Shown here: positions 49,212-62,200 of the stretch, piece by piece
Position numbering within the stretch: the stretch's first letter is position 1
How the letters are laid out: each line of letters starts with the position of its first letter
Assembly (NCBI GenBank): GCA_000708835.1
Contig: DF237194.1
Coordinates: 23,317 to 87,316 of the forward strand
Direction: 5' to 3'
Length of the DNA stretch: 64,000 bases
From: Klebsormidium nitens
Taxonomy: Eukaryota > Plantae > Klebsormidiophyceae
Made by a program: the position numbers and the translations under genes
The notes under the pieces: generated by a model
Database searches by the model: none
What the model saw: only the letters and a program-made list of their open reading frames with translations
Told to the model about the DNA's origin: nothing

Positions 49212-52200
49212 AGAGTGTTAAACTACATCAGTTGATGTTTGTTCGTAGGACAACAAGAAATTTGAGATGAACTTATGTACTTTATGAGAGGACTACGGTT
49301 GGTTTGTTTCTGGACTGTCGGAGAGGTTAATTGCGGGCGTGATAACACATCTCAAACGGATGAGTTTAGTTTCTAGTCCAATTATATAGGATCGACAACG
49401 CATTGACATGCATGAGCGGCTCAGGGCTTGAGGATATTGAAACTCACCGAGTCCAATACTGCTATGATCGCACAATTACACCATGCTAGTTCATCAGTGT
49501 CAGCAGCCTGCTGCAAGCCTGGCCCGGCCGCGGGCTTCATTATGGTACTAACATATTATAAGCCGCGGGGCCTGCATGCAGCCATGGATGTTTGATAGCT
49601 AGCGAGCTATATGTGCCGTCAGCAATTGAATAGTACGGTATGTAAGAATATTGATCACCGCGTACGTTCCGTGGCGGCCCTCTACATATATATGTACGAT
49701 GCTTATGAACGTCGAGGCGTTTCAGCTTGTCGCATGCATGTACCAGTATAAATGCTCTCCATGATGCACTCTGCATGGAACCAACGGCAAATAATCGTCA
49801 CGCAAAGTGATTATGTACGTAACGTTTTTGGCAGTGGCGCGGACTCATGCGGTACGACTGCGGCAGCCCAGCTGGCGCTGCGGTAATCGGCGGGAGCGGG
49901 CGGGCGGCCGTCATGCGGCTTTGGACACAACCGGACACAAGTTAAGTTGTGCTACCAAATACACCTCTGTATATAGTACATGTTCAGCAATAATGCGGAC
50001 AGCCCGTCATGATGTCACGGGCCGCGTCACTTGGGGCCAATCGTGTGTAGATGGCAGCTAGTATCATGCAGATACGGAAGCACACCGAGCTTGATGAGAA
50101 CATTTAGGACCATCACATGAATGCACTCGTGTTAGTATGATTGGATTAGACTGCCATCCCTTAAATCCAGTACCTAGTTTAGTACGCACTGAGGGCTAGA
50201 TTTGAGGTAGCCAGTCCAATTCGAGGTGAAAATTGTCATGGGTCCTAGGAGAAAAGTCTTGGTTGCCTATGCTTCTCCTTCTGTACCACTGACTATTGCT
50301 TCGATCAGCTTGGCTGCTAATCCGCCAACGAGATCGTTGCATGCTCGTTTACTGATCTGTGTTTGATTGGACTTGCGTCCTGATTCCCATGGATCGTTTT
50401 TCGAAGGACCTGCAAACAGGAACTCGTCTTTCAGTACTCTCATGTCCATCACATGTGTCATCTGCGGACCGTGTCGATCTCAACTTCTCTCCTACGGGCA
50501 CGACAAGGTCGTCCGGCTTCCGGTCAAGCTAAATCTCGTGCAAGCCGCACACCACATGTTGAAGCTAATCATCACGATGACATTTCAAACGGTCCACAGC
50601 AAATCTGCAAGCTTTGTCTTTGAAAAAATACCAACGCTTTAGGCTCGCCCCTTGGCTGCAAGCTTGCCTGCATTCTTTTAAAACTGCCTTTACTCTAGCA
50701 GGTACCCACAGGTGACTACTCGCCTTTCAATCTGCGCGCACAGTAATTTTCAGTTCCTAGATTTCATCCTCGAAACCCACGTTCTCACACCAGCTTTCTA
50801 CTAACTGTCCAGCCGACCGCTGCGATTCAGACCTTTGCCGCGTCACGGGTCTTGAATCTTTCATTCTGCGAATCTGATGCAAGCCTGATGCAAGAGAACC
50901 AATACTATGACATGCACATTCTGGGAGGACGATTTGCCTCACAACGTTGCAGTCTGACCCACCTGAAAGAGAAGCAGGTTCGGACGCCGGCACTGATCGG
51001 TATGCGCCAACCTTGTTCACTCCGATGACGATTGTACGACGGTAATGCACATATGCCACACTGACTCGCAGCCTTAATGGCGAGTGAAACGGGGCTACGT
51101 CATGCTTAAACTCTGCAATAAGGCCCTTTCGCAAAGAACAACAATGGCATCAAGGTACTCCCTTGCACGATCTGCGGAGGGAATCCGCATGCAAGCGGTT
51201 TCTTTGATCATTGCCACGTCTACCACTCCTCGTCAGAACTGCTCCGCTGGGTCCTTAAAGTTCGGGTTTTTCGTCTGACCCGGGGCGAAATAATTTCTGG
51301 AGGATCAGCGTGGTTGGAACAACCGCTAAGTTAGCAGAGAGAATGGCCGGCCCAGGGTAACAAAAGCGTCAGTTTTGAGTAGTAAGCGACAGTCTCCATT
51401 GTCAGGGAAGCCACGGTGTGAGAAACGCTCTCAAATCATACCTACGCGGTAAGGATCATCGTCGCTTTGAGAAGCTCTCGGCGTGCAAAAGCATCGATGA
51501 AAAGACACAAGTGTGAATCTCTTCCGTGCAGAAGAAAGAGGGGGCAGGGCAAGAAACCGCTATAAAAAAAATCAGCACCTGATCTGCGTTCTGATACCGA
51601 AGCTGGATAGAAGGAGGGTACCTGAAAGTTAACCAGTAGGCGATTGGGCTCCACAAGCATGACCAAGACCCACCAGACGCTAGCTACGACTTCAAATGCT
51701 GATAGCAACAGGATCACGCGGGCGTTTTTTGGAAAAGTAGCAAAAGTTGACATGCTTTGAGCACGCCAGTACTACGTGACTTTGTCATCATTGCCACTTT
51801 CAAACTTCGCCTTTTTCATCTCAGCACGGACTGAACTTTTCATCTTCTAGCATGCGAAGTGCAGCAATTCTTTGGAACGAGCCTCGTGGACTTTTGCACG
51901 GAGGTTACAATGCTCTGCTTCAAAACTTTGCTTGTACCAAACGAAGGCTTTCAGTTGGAGGCAAGCCGAGAGTAGGTAAGATCAGCACTGAAGCCATCAA
52001 GATCTGGAAGACACAACCGTATCACTCTAAAAACGCGTCTAGTAAAGGTTCCTGAAATGTAGAGCCCATGCGAAGCTTGTCCAGAAAAGTCGAAGAAGAC
52101 TCTAAGCATCAAACTATACTGTACTACCTGCTTCGGTTCAGTCGAAACTACTTTCTGTCAGCGTCTCATTATCAACAGCATCGATGTGAATATGAACTCT

Positions 52201-55200
52201 GACCGAGTATGTTCACAGTTGCGGTACCAGCTCAGAATAGATTGCTGTTGGGGGTGCTTGCCGTGAAAGCGCGACATGAGCCCTACTAATCATCGCCGGC
52301 CCGCCGAAGGCCCTAAATCAATATCCTTTTCATGAGTAGCGCAAAATTCACTTTTCCCGTCAGCTTTTTGACGTTCGGCGTTTCGAGAGGTGGACAATGC
52401 CTATGAGCACGTGGTTGGGATTTAGTATTTCTGGCACGATATCAATATAATCCTGGCCTTGACAGTCCAGGAAAACGGTTCTCGCAAGCGCCCATTTTAA
52501 GACATGATCCGACAGTCGTAAACCATCTTGAAAGCGGCGCCGGGGGCGTTGCCTGTGCCCGCTAGGGGGCTTCACCAAACTGGAAATGTTGACGGTTGAT
52601 GTGCTCAAAGAAGTGCCGATCGAATCAGTCCCCGCCCTGAATACAGAGTTGAAGTACGTTATGGAATGCTACAGTGAAGGCAAGAGTGGAGGGGCGGGTT
52701 AATTGGAGCGGCGCACGTAGACTTTCTTGAATGCTTTGAAGGCGGCTCCAGAGGTAAAGCGACCATCGAGTGTCTTTGTGATGCTGGACAGCATCAGGGG
52801 GTACCCACTTATCCTCGCCATCAACCCAACGCTAACATGATTCAGAAACAGAACGAGTGGAAGTCCTTGAATTCCGAGGAGCTTCGAGAAAAGGACAAAG
52901 TAGAACTGAGAATGTGGAAATTCCATTAAAACAGAGGCGAAAGCGGGGTCAAGAGCTGAGAATCGAGGTGCCGCCGACTTTCAAAACCTGGTCAGGCAAG
53001 CGGAGCTGCTCGCTGCAGAATTGAGAGCCCCGACGACCGCAAAAGCGCCGTCCCAAGGACTGCTGCAGCGCTTCCGGCCGGTAAGGATGCAGCCCACTTG
53101 AATGTTTGGCGTGTGTTGGCCCGGAACGTGCAGAATCTGTGAATGCATTACTGGTTGGATGTAAGTGTCTTGGAAGAGGATTTTCGAACGGCTTATGTGG
53201 GGCATCTTAAAAGAGCGCCATGTTAAGAAGAACTCGAAGCGCCGGATGGATTCATAAGGCTTCATGAAGTTTCAGGCGACGCAGCTTTTGCTCTGCACCT
53301 CTCTCCTTGAAACCAGATTGTACAGGCAAAGTAATCCGGGTGCAAATTTTGGGCCGCGCATCCTTATGTGTGGACTCTAGGGCAACTATCAAACCTGCAG
53401 ATGGACTGCAACAAGTGTTTGCGAAAAGCATGACGCATTGCTTGATCCTCACGGGAGTTCTCTTTCTGGGTTCGGAGGGATCCGCCCGTGAATGGAATAA
53501 ATGAGTGTGGCAGAGACTGCCAAACCAAACGCGTCATGACAGTCGAAGACGAATTCTCTAACACATGAGTAAGTTATCGTAAAATCTTAAGGGTGAAAAT
53601 ATAGCAAACGAGGAAAGGAAATAAAGCATCAACTACGGAAGTGTGGAACAATGTCAGCTTGTTGGCATCAGAACCCGCTTGATATGCCTCCTGGGCCCGG
53701 ATTCGAGTCAGCACCCACGTCGCTCAGTTCGCGTTCTATCATAGCCACAGAAATACTAATCCCCTTTCGCAGCGGGAAATCAAACGGATTGAGCGTTCCG
53801 CCGGATACGCGGGCCCCTTGGACAAAGTGGAGGCGACTCCAGTCAAAGTCCCGTTGCGAATTTGAACAAGCTTCATTGACTGTCCAAAAAGTGTCCGGTT
53901 CAATGAACGGAAGTATGCAAAGCGGGGAGATCCAGTACCTGCCGTGACCCTGCCAGGTTCTTCGGACTCGACACTGGATAGAGCCACATTGAATTCCCAC
54001 TGGGATAACAAAGAGACAGGCTATGATCAAGTGAAAGCGGCATGCTCTGAAGGTCCTGACACTGTCACAAGTCATGACCAACGGCTGCTTCACATCTGAT
54101 GAGCGAAGGGAAAACCTTCTCTCCGCGGAAAAGAAATCGGTGGGTGCCGTCAATTCAGGGTAGTATGTCTGCACAAATGGCTTTGACACTGTTGGAACAC
54201 GGCCTGACAATTTCTGGTATTTCGAAAATCAAATATTCATCTCCGCCAGCTTCATCGGGACCAATTCAGGTCACGTTCGAAAAAATCTATATTTATACTA
54301 TTGAGAAACGAACATCCAGAAGGTTCATCAAGCAGACTTCGCGTGTATTAATGGAGTCCACGCACATCGAAACAGAGTGATGCGTCTATTCTGCCTCGAG
54401 ATCTGCCGAGATAAGACCGCAGAAATCCCTCCCACTCACTCTGACCAGAAAATCCGCGGGTGCCAAGATAACAATCAAGCATCACGACCTTACAAATCTC
54501 AGTCGTGTACGAGAAAGATGCGGATTGTATGGCAAGCAATCAGAAACGGGTTGGATTGCAGGCTATGAATCCACCTGAAAGCGCCCAGCGAATAGTGAGG
54601 TTTATCCGGAGAGCCAAAAGGTGGATTCGTGTAGCGATCAAGGATATCCTCATGATCAGGCAGCTTTTGTGCGTGCTGACTAATTTGTCAACCCAAAAAC
54701 GCGAAGCCAGTACTTTAAAGCGGCAGAATAACTTCATTGCTCAAAGCATAATCGAGCAGCCTTTGCAGCTTCTTCCGAGCAAGCTGCCAGTTTTAGTGAA
54801 AATTTTAGGACTAACTTAGTGGGTCTGTTGTTGAGTGAAGTTAGTCAAGATCAGATGACACTAAGACTGGCAGGTTGCTCGGGAGAAGCTTGGCTCCGGG
54901 GGGTCTTCTGAGTGGGGCAAATGCAGGTTCTTATGAACATCCATGGTCTTTAGGAGCAGGATCGAAGCTCTATGCCAGATGCTGTGCGCAAACTAGATGG
55001 TCGAGAAGTTTGAGCGTGAAGCTTTGGTCGTTCGATGATGCTTGCGTTAACTGCTTCGAAACAAAATGTCAGCAAGCGCAGAAAAGGAGGGCTGCAGAAA
55101 TTAAGCCTACTAAGTTTTTTGAACGTATATACTGAAGCCGTTGCTTGGCACCAGAAAGGTTTCGTGCAAGAGCTCGGTTTCCGGAAAGCTGATGAGTGTG

Positions 55201-57373
55201 CGGGGAGTTCCGGAAGTGCTTGCGGGATCGTCTTACTCATCGGCAGCTGGCCAGCATCAATCGAAGAACAGCATCTGAAGTTTGATTTGGTTGCAACTTC
55301 AAAGTGCTCCTCCTTCCTTGCCAGCGCTGCTTTACATGTTTGGTGCCTGATTGCAGTGCTGCACGTTCGAAGCTTCTTAGCCCGGCGATAATCTGAGTTC
55401 GAGCGCAGAAGCACTGTCAGGCCACAAATTTGATTTCAAGGCAGAGCTGGGCTCTTACACGCAATTCTGAAAGACACTCTGGAAGGCGAGACGAGTGAGG
55501 GAAAACCGAAGTAATGTCATACGGAGTACTAAGAGCTGAATACAACGCCTATAAAGAGAACCCTGCAAGCGCCTCGCAGGCGCCCACTGAAGGCCTGGTT
55601 CAACTCGTCGTATCCATCCACATCTTCGATCCCAGGGGAAAAGCTTGTTTCCTTATTCCAAGGAGACGGCAGTTCAAGCAGCCCAACCTTAATTTTTGAA
55701 ACTAGTCGAGTCTAGCAAAAACGAGTGTTGATAGGAGTGCTGATCAGTGAAGGGGCGCAAGTGAGCTTTTTGATGCTTCACTTTCGGCTTCAACTTTTGA
55801 AAGGTCCCACCACTCCATGATGCTGGGCGGCATCAGGGTTGCTAGTCTATCCTCGCCAGCAAGAATACATCACATCTGTCTGGAACGTCTCCTTCTGAAT
55901 CGATCCCGAAAATGTGAACAGCATGGGAAAACACCGTGGTGTTTCGTAGCAAGAGGCTGCGCGGCACGTTCGCTGTCTCGATCATGTGCCGCCAGGCGAA
56001 GAGGGACCGGTCGCGGCGCGGCCGCGAGCCCCCATTACCGCAAAAGCTCATGATTGCTTTCAAGGACCTCGACAGCGACGTTCAGAGCCAGAACAAGCAG
56101 CCCACGTTGATTGTAAGGGCAAGTCTTTCTGGTGGGCAAAGATGACAACAGCATCAAGGACGGCACAACAAAAACTCCGTGGAAGGCAAAACCTCCGAAG
56201 ACTCAGGGGCAATATTACTTAGATCAGCAACGCTGAACTTGCGCGAAGGTTGGAAAAAGTCACGAAACTTGATTGCGGTATCCACAAGCTAGGGTCGCCC
56301 GCATGGACGGCTGGATTAAAAAAGTGTACGTACGACCAACGAGTAGCATCAGAGTGGGGGACACAAGCTAAGTGGGGGCTTTCGAGCCAACGCAGACCCC
56401 ACGTCGTCCAGTCCTTAAGAGCCGTGACATTTACTTCGTCAATGAGCCTTTTCCGTCTCATTTGCATCCGGAATTGCTCTAAGTATCGATCTTCCTGCCA
56501 GATTACGGGGAATCCTTGGCAAAATAACGGCGAGCTATCAGTCGAAGTTCTTTATGTTAACAAGCCCCGTTGAATTCCCGAAGAGCCGCCAGATGAGGCA
56601 CGGGCGAGGAGATTGGCTGGGGCGCGGCCGCGGATCGCCACAACCGCAACGGCTTCAATCTCAAGACCGCTAACAGGCTTTTCGGAGAAGAAGCAGCCCA
56701 CTTCGAGAACTAGGGCGGACCTAAGGCGAAACGAATCTTCGGAGGCAATTGGGCAAGTATGCTTCAAGCGCTTGCGGGGCAAGCATGAGGAAGTCAAAAC
56801 ATTCGACGGCTGGGGTACACCTGAGAGCGGGGCCAAGCGCTAAAGACAAGAAAAGAATTCTTTTATGGAGCCAGAGTATCTATGATTGCCTTGTAAATAT
56901 AATCCTGAGCTTTTCGAATTATGTGGATGTACGTGGATCGAGTGCCGGGCATCAGAACATTTGACGGTAGCGTGTCAGCGTGTTTGGGGCTAGCTCCTCA
57001 AGCCAAGCCCCAACCCGTTCCGGTCAGTATCATAGCCCTTACGTTGCTTTCATTATCGAGTCTGCACCAGCGCCGCGCGACGTCAGTGCACGCAAGGCGG
57101 CATTGGTCCGTGTTCGACCAATTGGGACGTCACCTCAACGGAGGCCCCAACTTGGCACAAGCTTCGTTGTCCGTCATCTCTGCCGTCACGTCAAGTCCAT
57201 TTGTCGCATCATGCTGGTATTGCTGCGCGTATTGTCCGGAGCGAATGAGGGGAAAACGGATACGCGACCGCACTGGCTCTTTCATTACTAGACAAGACCA
57301 CTCTGGGTTTGTTGCGGGCATTTCTTGTCCGACGTTTGGAGGACACATATCGTGGCCGAGAGCAGCTACAAGG

Positions 57374-59272
57374 ATGGCGTCAAGCATAACAGCAACGCCA
57401 CTAGTGTTTGGACGCGGGACAGCGGCAGTGCGCGGCATCTTGACTCCTGAACGTTGCGCTCCTGTGACTATGCCCTTTGCATTCTTCCAGAAAAGAAGTG
57501 GCAAGATGCTGACGGCACCTTCTTATTATCAGAGGTTGGGGACAAGGCTTCAGCATCTTGCAGCGCCCAGAAAGCGGATGACTGACTTGAACAGCGTTGA
57601 GAGGGCCTGTATTCGGCCGTCTCCAACTTTTCCTTCAGGCAGAATGCCGTACGTGGGCGATATTGCTTCTTTCCAAAAGCAGCCGTCACGTCTATTAAGC
57701 TGCTCAGCAGCTAGCCCGTTCCACAGATTACAGTCGGCTTTGGGTGTAGTCGCGGAGGCTCTGCCGTTGATGGGCTGGGGAAATGATGCACGAAGGTCAT
57801 TTTCTGTCGCCAGAACGAGCAACTGTTATCGGGGAAAGGCATTGAAAACAAGCTGCGCCAAAGAAGCTGGTGCAGGGAACTCCAAACAGCTGAATTCCAA
57901 CTTCAAGGCTGGAAAGAGGAAATTCAGAGATGGGGAGACGGGCCTCGGGGAAACTAGCTCAGAAGAGCCGCCCACGAATTTTTCCAGTTTCTCCCCTAGG
58001 CAACAGCCCCTTCCCGAAGTCCAGCGTCCTGAGGGGACCGTGACGGCAGCTCTTTCTGCTGTCGGGTTTCTGGCCCTTTCGTGCAAATTTCTCCCGCCTC
58101 TAAAGCCCGCGTTCTTGACCCTTTCTCAGGCCAGCGTTCTACACGTCCTACTGAATTTGTGCGCCGTTTACTTTGGAACCAAGGCGCTGCGACTGGTAGC
58201 ATTCGAACCAGGCACGACAGAGGGTGTCACACTCCTGGTTCGGAGCCCGGGGCTTCCCCCCGACTGGCACGCGCTCTTCGCCCCCACAGCAAACCGGCCC
58301 TGCTACTACAACTCGGTCACCCATAGCTTCCAGTGGGATCCCCCGGCTTCGCCCCCCCACTCCCGTGTCCCACCGGGCACTTCAACCGGTCTCTTCGGAA
58401 CGCTGGCCCTGCTCTTTAACTGCATTATTCAGCAGCTCGTGGGACTCGTGCAGCCGGTCGTGACACTCGGGCTGTACTGGAGCAGAGTCGTAACGTTCCG
58501 GTGGTGCGTGTGCGCTGTTTTCGGCGCGAACCCGCAACTACATGCGGGAGCGATTCTCTTCCTCTCCGCAGCCTTCCTTTCCCTCCCCCAACCGCTGCCG
58601 TTGTGCGTCCTACTCCTCGGTCGCTCCGGCGACTCGACGTTCCTCGGCGGCCCTTTGGCAGCCCGGTTGGAGTCATTCCTGTGCGTCGCCATCCTTGTAA
58701 GCGCTCTCCCCGGGCTGTGCGTCACTCTGATGACATTTCACCGGGCGGCCGAAGAGCGCCTGCCCAAGTGCCGCCTCCCCTGGGACTTCAAAGGCTTCCT
58801 CTACCTCCTGTTGGCCATCTGTCCTGCTCTCACTTGGTGGCTCTATCCATATGCCGTGGATGGGCCTCCTAGCCGGGTGGCGCTTCTCCCGCTTCCCTCG
58901 GGGGATCCCTTTCGAGTGCCCGTCCCCCGGTGGGAAGTCCTGAAGTTCTCCTGGAGAGCGCTTCTGTCCGCGGCGCCGATGATTCTTCCCTTGGCGCGGC
59001 TGCTCGTGGCCGCGGCCAAAGCCCAGGGGTTATCACCGGGCGCAATCTACACCCTGGTGCTCTGCTCCCGGACGGTGCAACTAAGTGCGTGCGTCTCGGG
59101 TCTCGAGTTTCTGCTCGCGAGACATACGGCGACGTACAAAGCTGCCTTGAAGCAGAAGATGAAGGACGAAGATTCCACAGTTTCAGGGGTTGAACACGAA
59201 GCTACTCGCGGGATTCGTGGACAAGGTAGTTCGGGGGCTAGCTCTTTGCAGGACGCTTGGCACTTCATATAA
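57374..59272 (+). CDS. Intronless multi-pass membrane protein with an internal WW domain and a long transit-peptide-like N-terminus
   Basis: Uninterrupted ORF 56921-59272; the likely start is MASS at 57374. WW-like motif LPPDWHALFAPTANRPCYYNSVTHSFQWDPP at about 58253-58345. About 7-9 hydrophobic segments surround it. The C-terminal two-thirds has GC-rich coding-like composition. Confidence 0.7.
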   Translation: MASSITATPLVFGRGTAAVRGILTPERCAPVTMPFAFFQKRSGKMLTAPSYYQRLGTRLQHLAAPRKRMTDLNSVERACIRPSPTFPSGRMPYVGDIASFQKQPSRLLSCSAASPFHRLQSALGVVAEALPLMGWGNDARRSFSVARTSNCYRGKALKTSCAKEAGAGNSKQLNSNFKAGKRKFRDGETGLGETSSEEPPTNFSSFSPRQQPLPEVQRPEGTVTAALSAVGFLALSCKFLPPLKPAFLTLSQASVLHVLLNLCAVYFGTKALRLVAFEPGTTEGVTLLVRSPGLPPDWHALFAPTANRPCYYNSVTHSFQWDPPASPPHSRVPPGTSTGLFGTLALLFNCIIQQLVGLVQPVVTLGLYWSRVVTFRWCVCAVFGANPQLHAGAILFLSAAFLSLPQPLPLCVLLLGRSGDSTFLGGPLAARLESFLCVAILVSALPGLCVTLMTFHRAAEERLPKCRLPWDFKGFLYLLLAICPALTWWLYPYAVDGPPSRVALLPLPSGDPFRVPVPRWEVLKFSWRALLSAAPMILPLARLLVAAAKAQGLSPGAIYTLVLCSRTVQLSACVSGLEFLLARHTATYKAALKQKMKDEDSTVSGVEHEATRGIRGQGSSGASSLQDAWHFI

Positions 59273-62200
59273 TAATACTCGGACATGTTTCCAGTGCGTT
59301 CTATAAGATCGATTCAAACAGTAAATACAAGTCCGTACCTACTATATTATTTAATGGAACAGTTTGTTTCCTGTCGAAGGCGACTGTGTCGGTCACCGTT
59401 AGTATGACTCCACTTCGTAAGTCATCTCTATTCCTGAAGATGGCTGAATCGTACATTGTCTTCCAAGCGGCTTCAGATGTGATCTCACGGGGCCAGTAAA
59501 TGGCTATTTGCTCTATGCGCGGGGCCAGAATGGACGCCTTGAGTAAGCTTACTTCGAACGTTATGGCGGCAAAATGGTATACTATATATCCGAATCGATT
59601 GGGCTTGCGACCAGTGCCAATATACCTCTGTGATGATTGGAAGGTTGCCTTTCGATCGCACTGATCATGAATGCCGAATGAATCAAAGTTGGACTATAGG
59701 AACTCACAAACCAGTCCAATACAAGTTGCCTGCATGAGCGGCCATGCCGTAGAATAAGTATGGATGCAAAAGTTGAATCAGGACAAACGAATCTGGTCTA
59801 CGCCTCAAATGCGGGTTATGAGCTTGCTGTAAAGGGGCAAAATGTGCCCATGTTTATCACCGCCGCCCGCCGATCGAATGGGGTGTCGAGACGCGGTTAT
59901 TGGAAAACACCCCAAAGCTTCAAGACGTGCGGCTCTGCATCTGGTCGATCTCGACAAATTTAAGAAGCACGTGTCTACAATTTGTATTCATGATGGCCCC
60001 GGAGCATCGAAGTGATTTTTGGGCCTCGAATGACCTTCGGAAAGAATCATGCAGAATCATGCAAGCGCTTCACGAGCGCACACTGAAGGCTTTTCCCCAG
60101 GATCAGTCACCGTTTCGCATTTCGGATGCAGGATACAGATTGAGCAGCCACGGGGCAGTTGTAGACAATTCATCCGAGTACGGTGGCAGATAGATAAATG
60201 AAGAGATACAAGGAAGCTGAATGTCGCGTAATCGGCGTAAGTAGCTTTCAGATTATATCAATGGCGGCTTCAGAGTTGCATGTTATGTTCTGCTTTGATG
60301 CTGGGCCGCATCAGGGGGTGCCGATCATTTCTCGCCAGCACTCAGGCTTTCAGGCAGAGACTCTTTGAAAGATTTCCTTTCTTCACAAATCTGGGAAAGC
60401 GGACAATCGGGCAGACTCGGGACGTTGCGTTTCCGGATTGGCGCCAAGAAGCTCGCGCCGCCAAATTAAAACTTACAAGGGGAGTGTCGCCAGCTGAACT
60501 CCGAAACTTCGGCGCGGGGCTGGTAGCAACCGGTCAAGCACCCCCACGGTCGGTAGAAACGTCACGGCGCTTTCACCACAGAATTTAAAGCAGCCCACGT
60601 TAGGTGTCACAGTGAGCGGTCCTGAGAAACCTTCTAATGATCAGCGACCACGAAAATATAGTGGAAGAGGCATGTAAGAACATTCATTGAATGCAAACAC
60701 CTTCGCGATCGATGGCTGTGAGCAAACTTAAGGAAGGCTGAAGGACGAGGGTAAAAGAGCCAGTTTGAGGAGCTTGCGCATCCAATACTGGTCCACCGTT
60801 CATCCAGAACGAATCCGTTTGTATGGATTGCGAGTTGCCTTAGATCTTGAGCAAACAGCGTGGGGTTCATCGAATGAAGCCCTTCGTCGTCCAACTTATC
60901 AGAGCCGTGAAGTTGCCTTGATGAACGACGCCCTCAGTTTACTCTGCATCGGGCAACGCTTTCATAATGAACTTGCAGCTACTAGATTAAGCGAGTTCAA
61001 TCATGCGCAAGGAAACGGTACTCAGTCAGAGTTATGCTTTAAGATAACAAGCCCCGTTGCCTTGCACAAATTGGACCCGTTTGGACCGAAAAGCAGACAC
61101 GGCAGGACCTTTTGACGCATGAAATATTTGCAAACTCTGTCGGGCTTAGATTTCTTAAGGCTGATTTTCGACGGAGCTAAAGTTTCTTCCCGTGGAGAAA
61201 CGGTGTGATGGAGACAGGCGTCACCATAAATTTTGAACGGGTGCCCGACTGGCTTTCAGGCTGAGGTCTACCTGAGATGTTGGAGAATATCAGACCACGA
61301 CTCAATCTTCACTGCCAGCTTGAAACTGCAGGACCACGATCTTGTTCAAATCGAGTTATATCTATATCCTCAAAAGAAGCTCATGAGCATCGAATTCGAC
61401 AAGCAGGCTTCGTCAGAAACAGACGTTGATTGGAGTCATCAAGCAGATTTCGGGTCACCCCACGGTAGCCGCCGCAAAAAATCTGAAAGAAAGCGCCCGG
61501 AGCGACATTTACAGGCCGTACATCTTGGACAATATAATTCTTCCCAAAACGCTTACAAGAGACTCCGCGAGCGAGGCAGAGTCCAAGCGAAGACGAGTGC
61601 CGAGTCAAGGGCTGACTGAGGCGGCGCAGGTAAGCGTTTTGAATGTATGACTGGTGGCCTCAGAATATCCGAAGTTAGTCGTGTTGCTGCTTGATGCTAG
61701 GCCGCATCAAAAGTTGCCCATGTATCCTTGCCAGCAGCCGGACGCAGATAAGAACATGAGAACATGAGAACCGTTGAGGTTCTCCTAAAATATGGACTCA
61801 AAAAGGAAAAATAAACAGGCAGATTTCGTGGCGGTTCCTAAGAGGGCACGCGTCGCCCTCGCGATTGGGTGACTCCGAGGACTGATTGCGGCGCGGCTTC
61901 AATCCAGCCCCACGGCTGCGCCGTCAGACATATTGGCAATGAAGAGCAGCCCAGATCAGGAATCCGGACGCGCAAATCTCCCTATTGGGCGACTAGTGCG
62001 AAAGTATGTACCATGTGCAAATTATGTACAAGGCAGAAACTTCGAAGTTTGTGGGCTTCTCAGAACCACGTCTTGCACGAGATCGAAGATCAGAAAAGCG
62101 AGAAAGATGAGAAACGTGTCTCTTCGTAAGATTGGATTTTCAGAAGTCCTCACGATTGCAAAAAGAATATTTAACCAGATATTAGCCAGGATGTATCGAA

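Noticed and set aside
49500-50200. Palindrome-rich intergenic tracts (also ~1200-1850, 12200-12600, 18240-18780, 42850-43400) with a small ccgcgggctt...aagccgcgg hairpin, considered as MITE or Helitron
   Set aside because: No terminal inverted repeats, target-site duplications or convincing cross-similarity could be shown by eye.
51560-51640. RYPPSIQLR resembling a cytochrome P450 K-helix region
   Set aside because: No ExxR, PERF or heme-binding FxxGxxxCxG motif is visible nearby.
61940-62125. RANLPIGRLVRKY resembling a histone-fold motif
   Set aside because: The match is only a few residues and the downstream sequence does not fit a histone fold.
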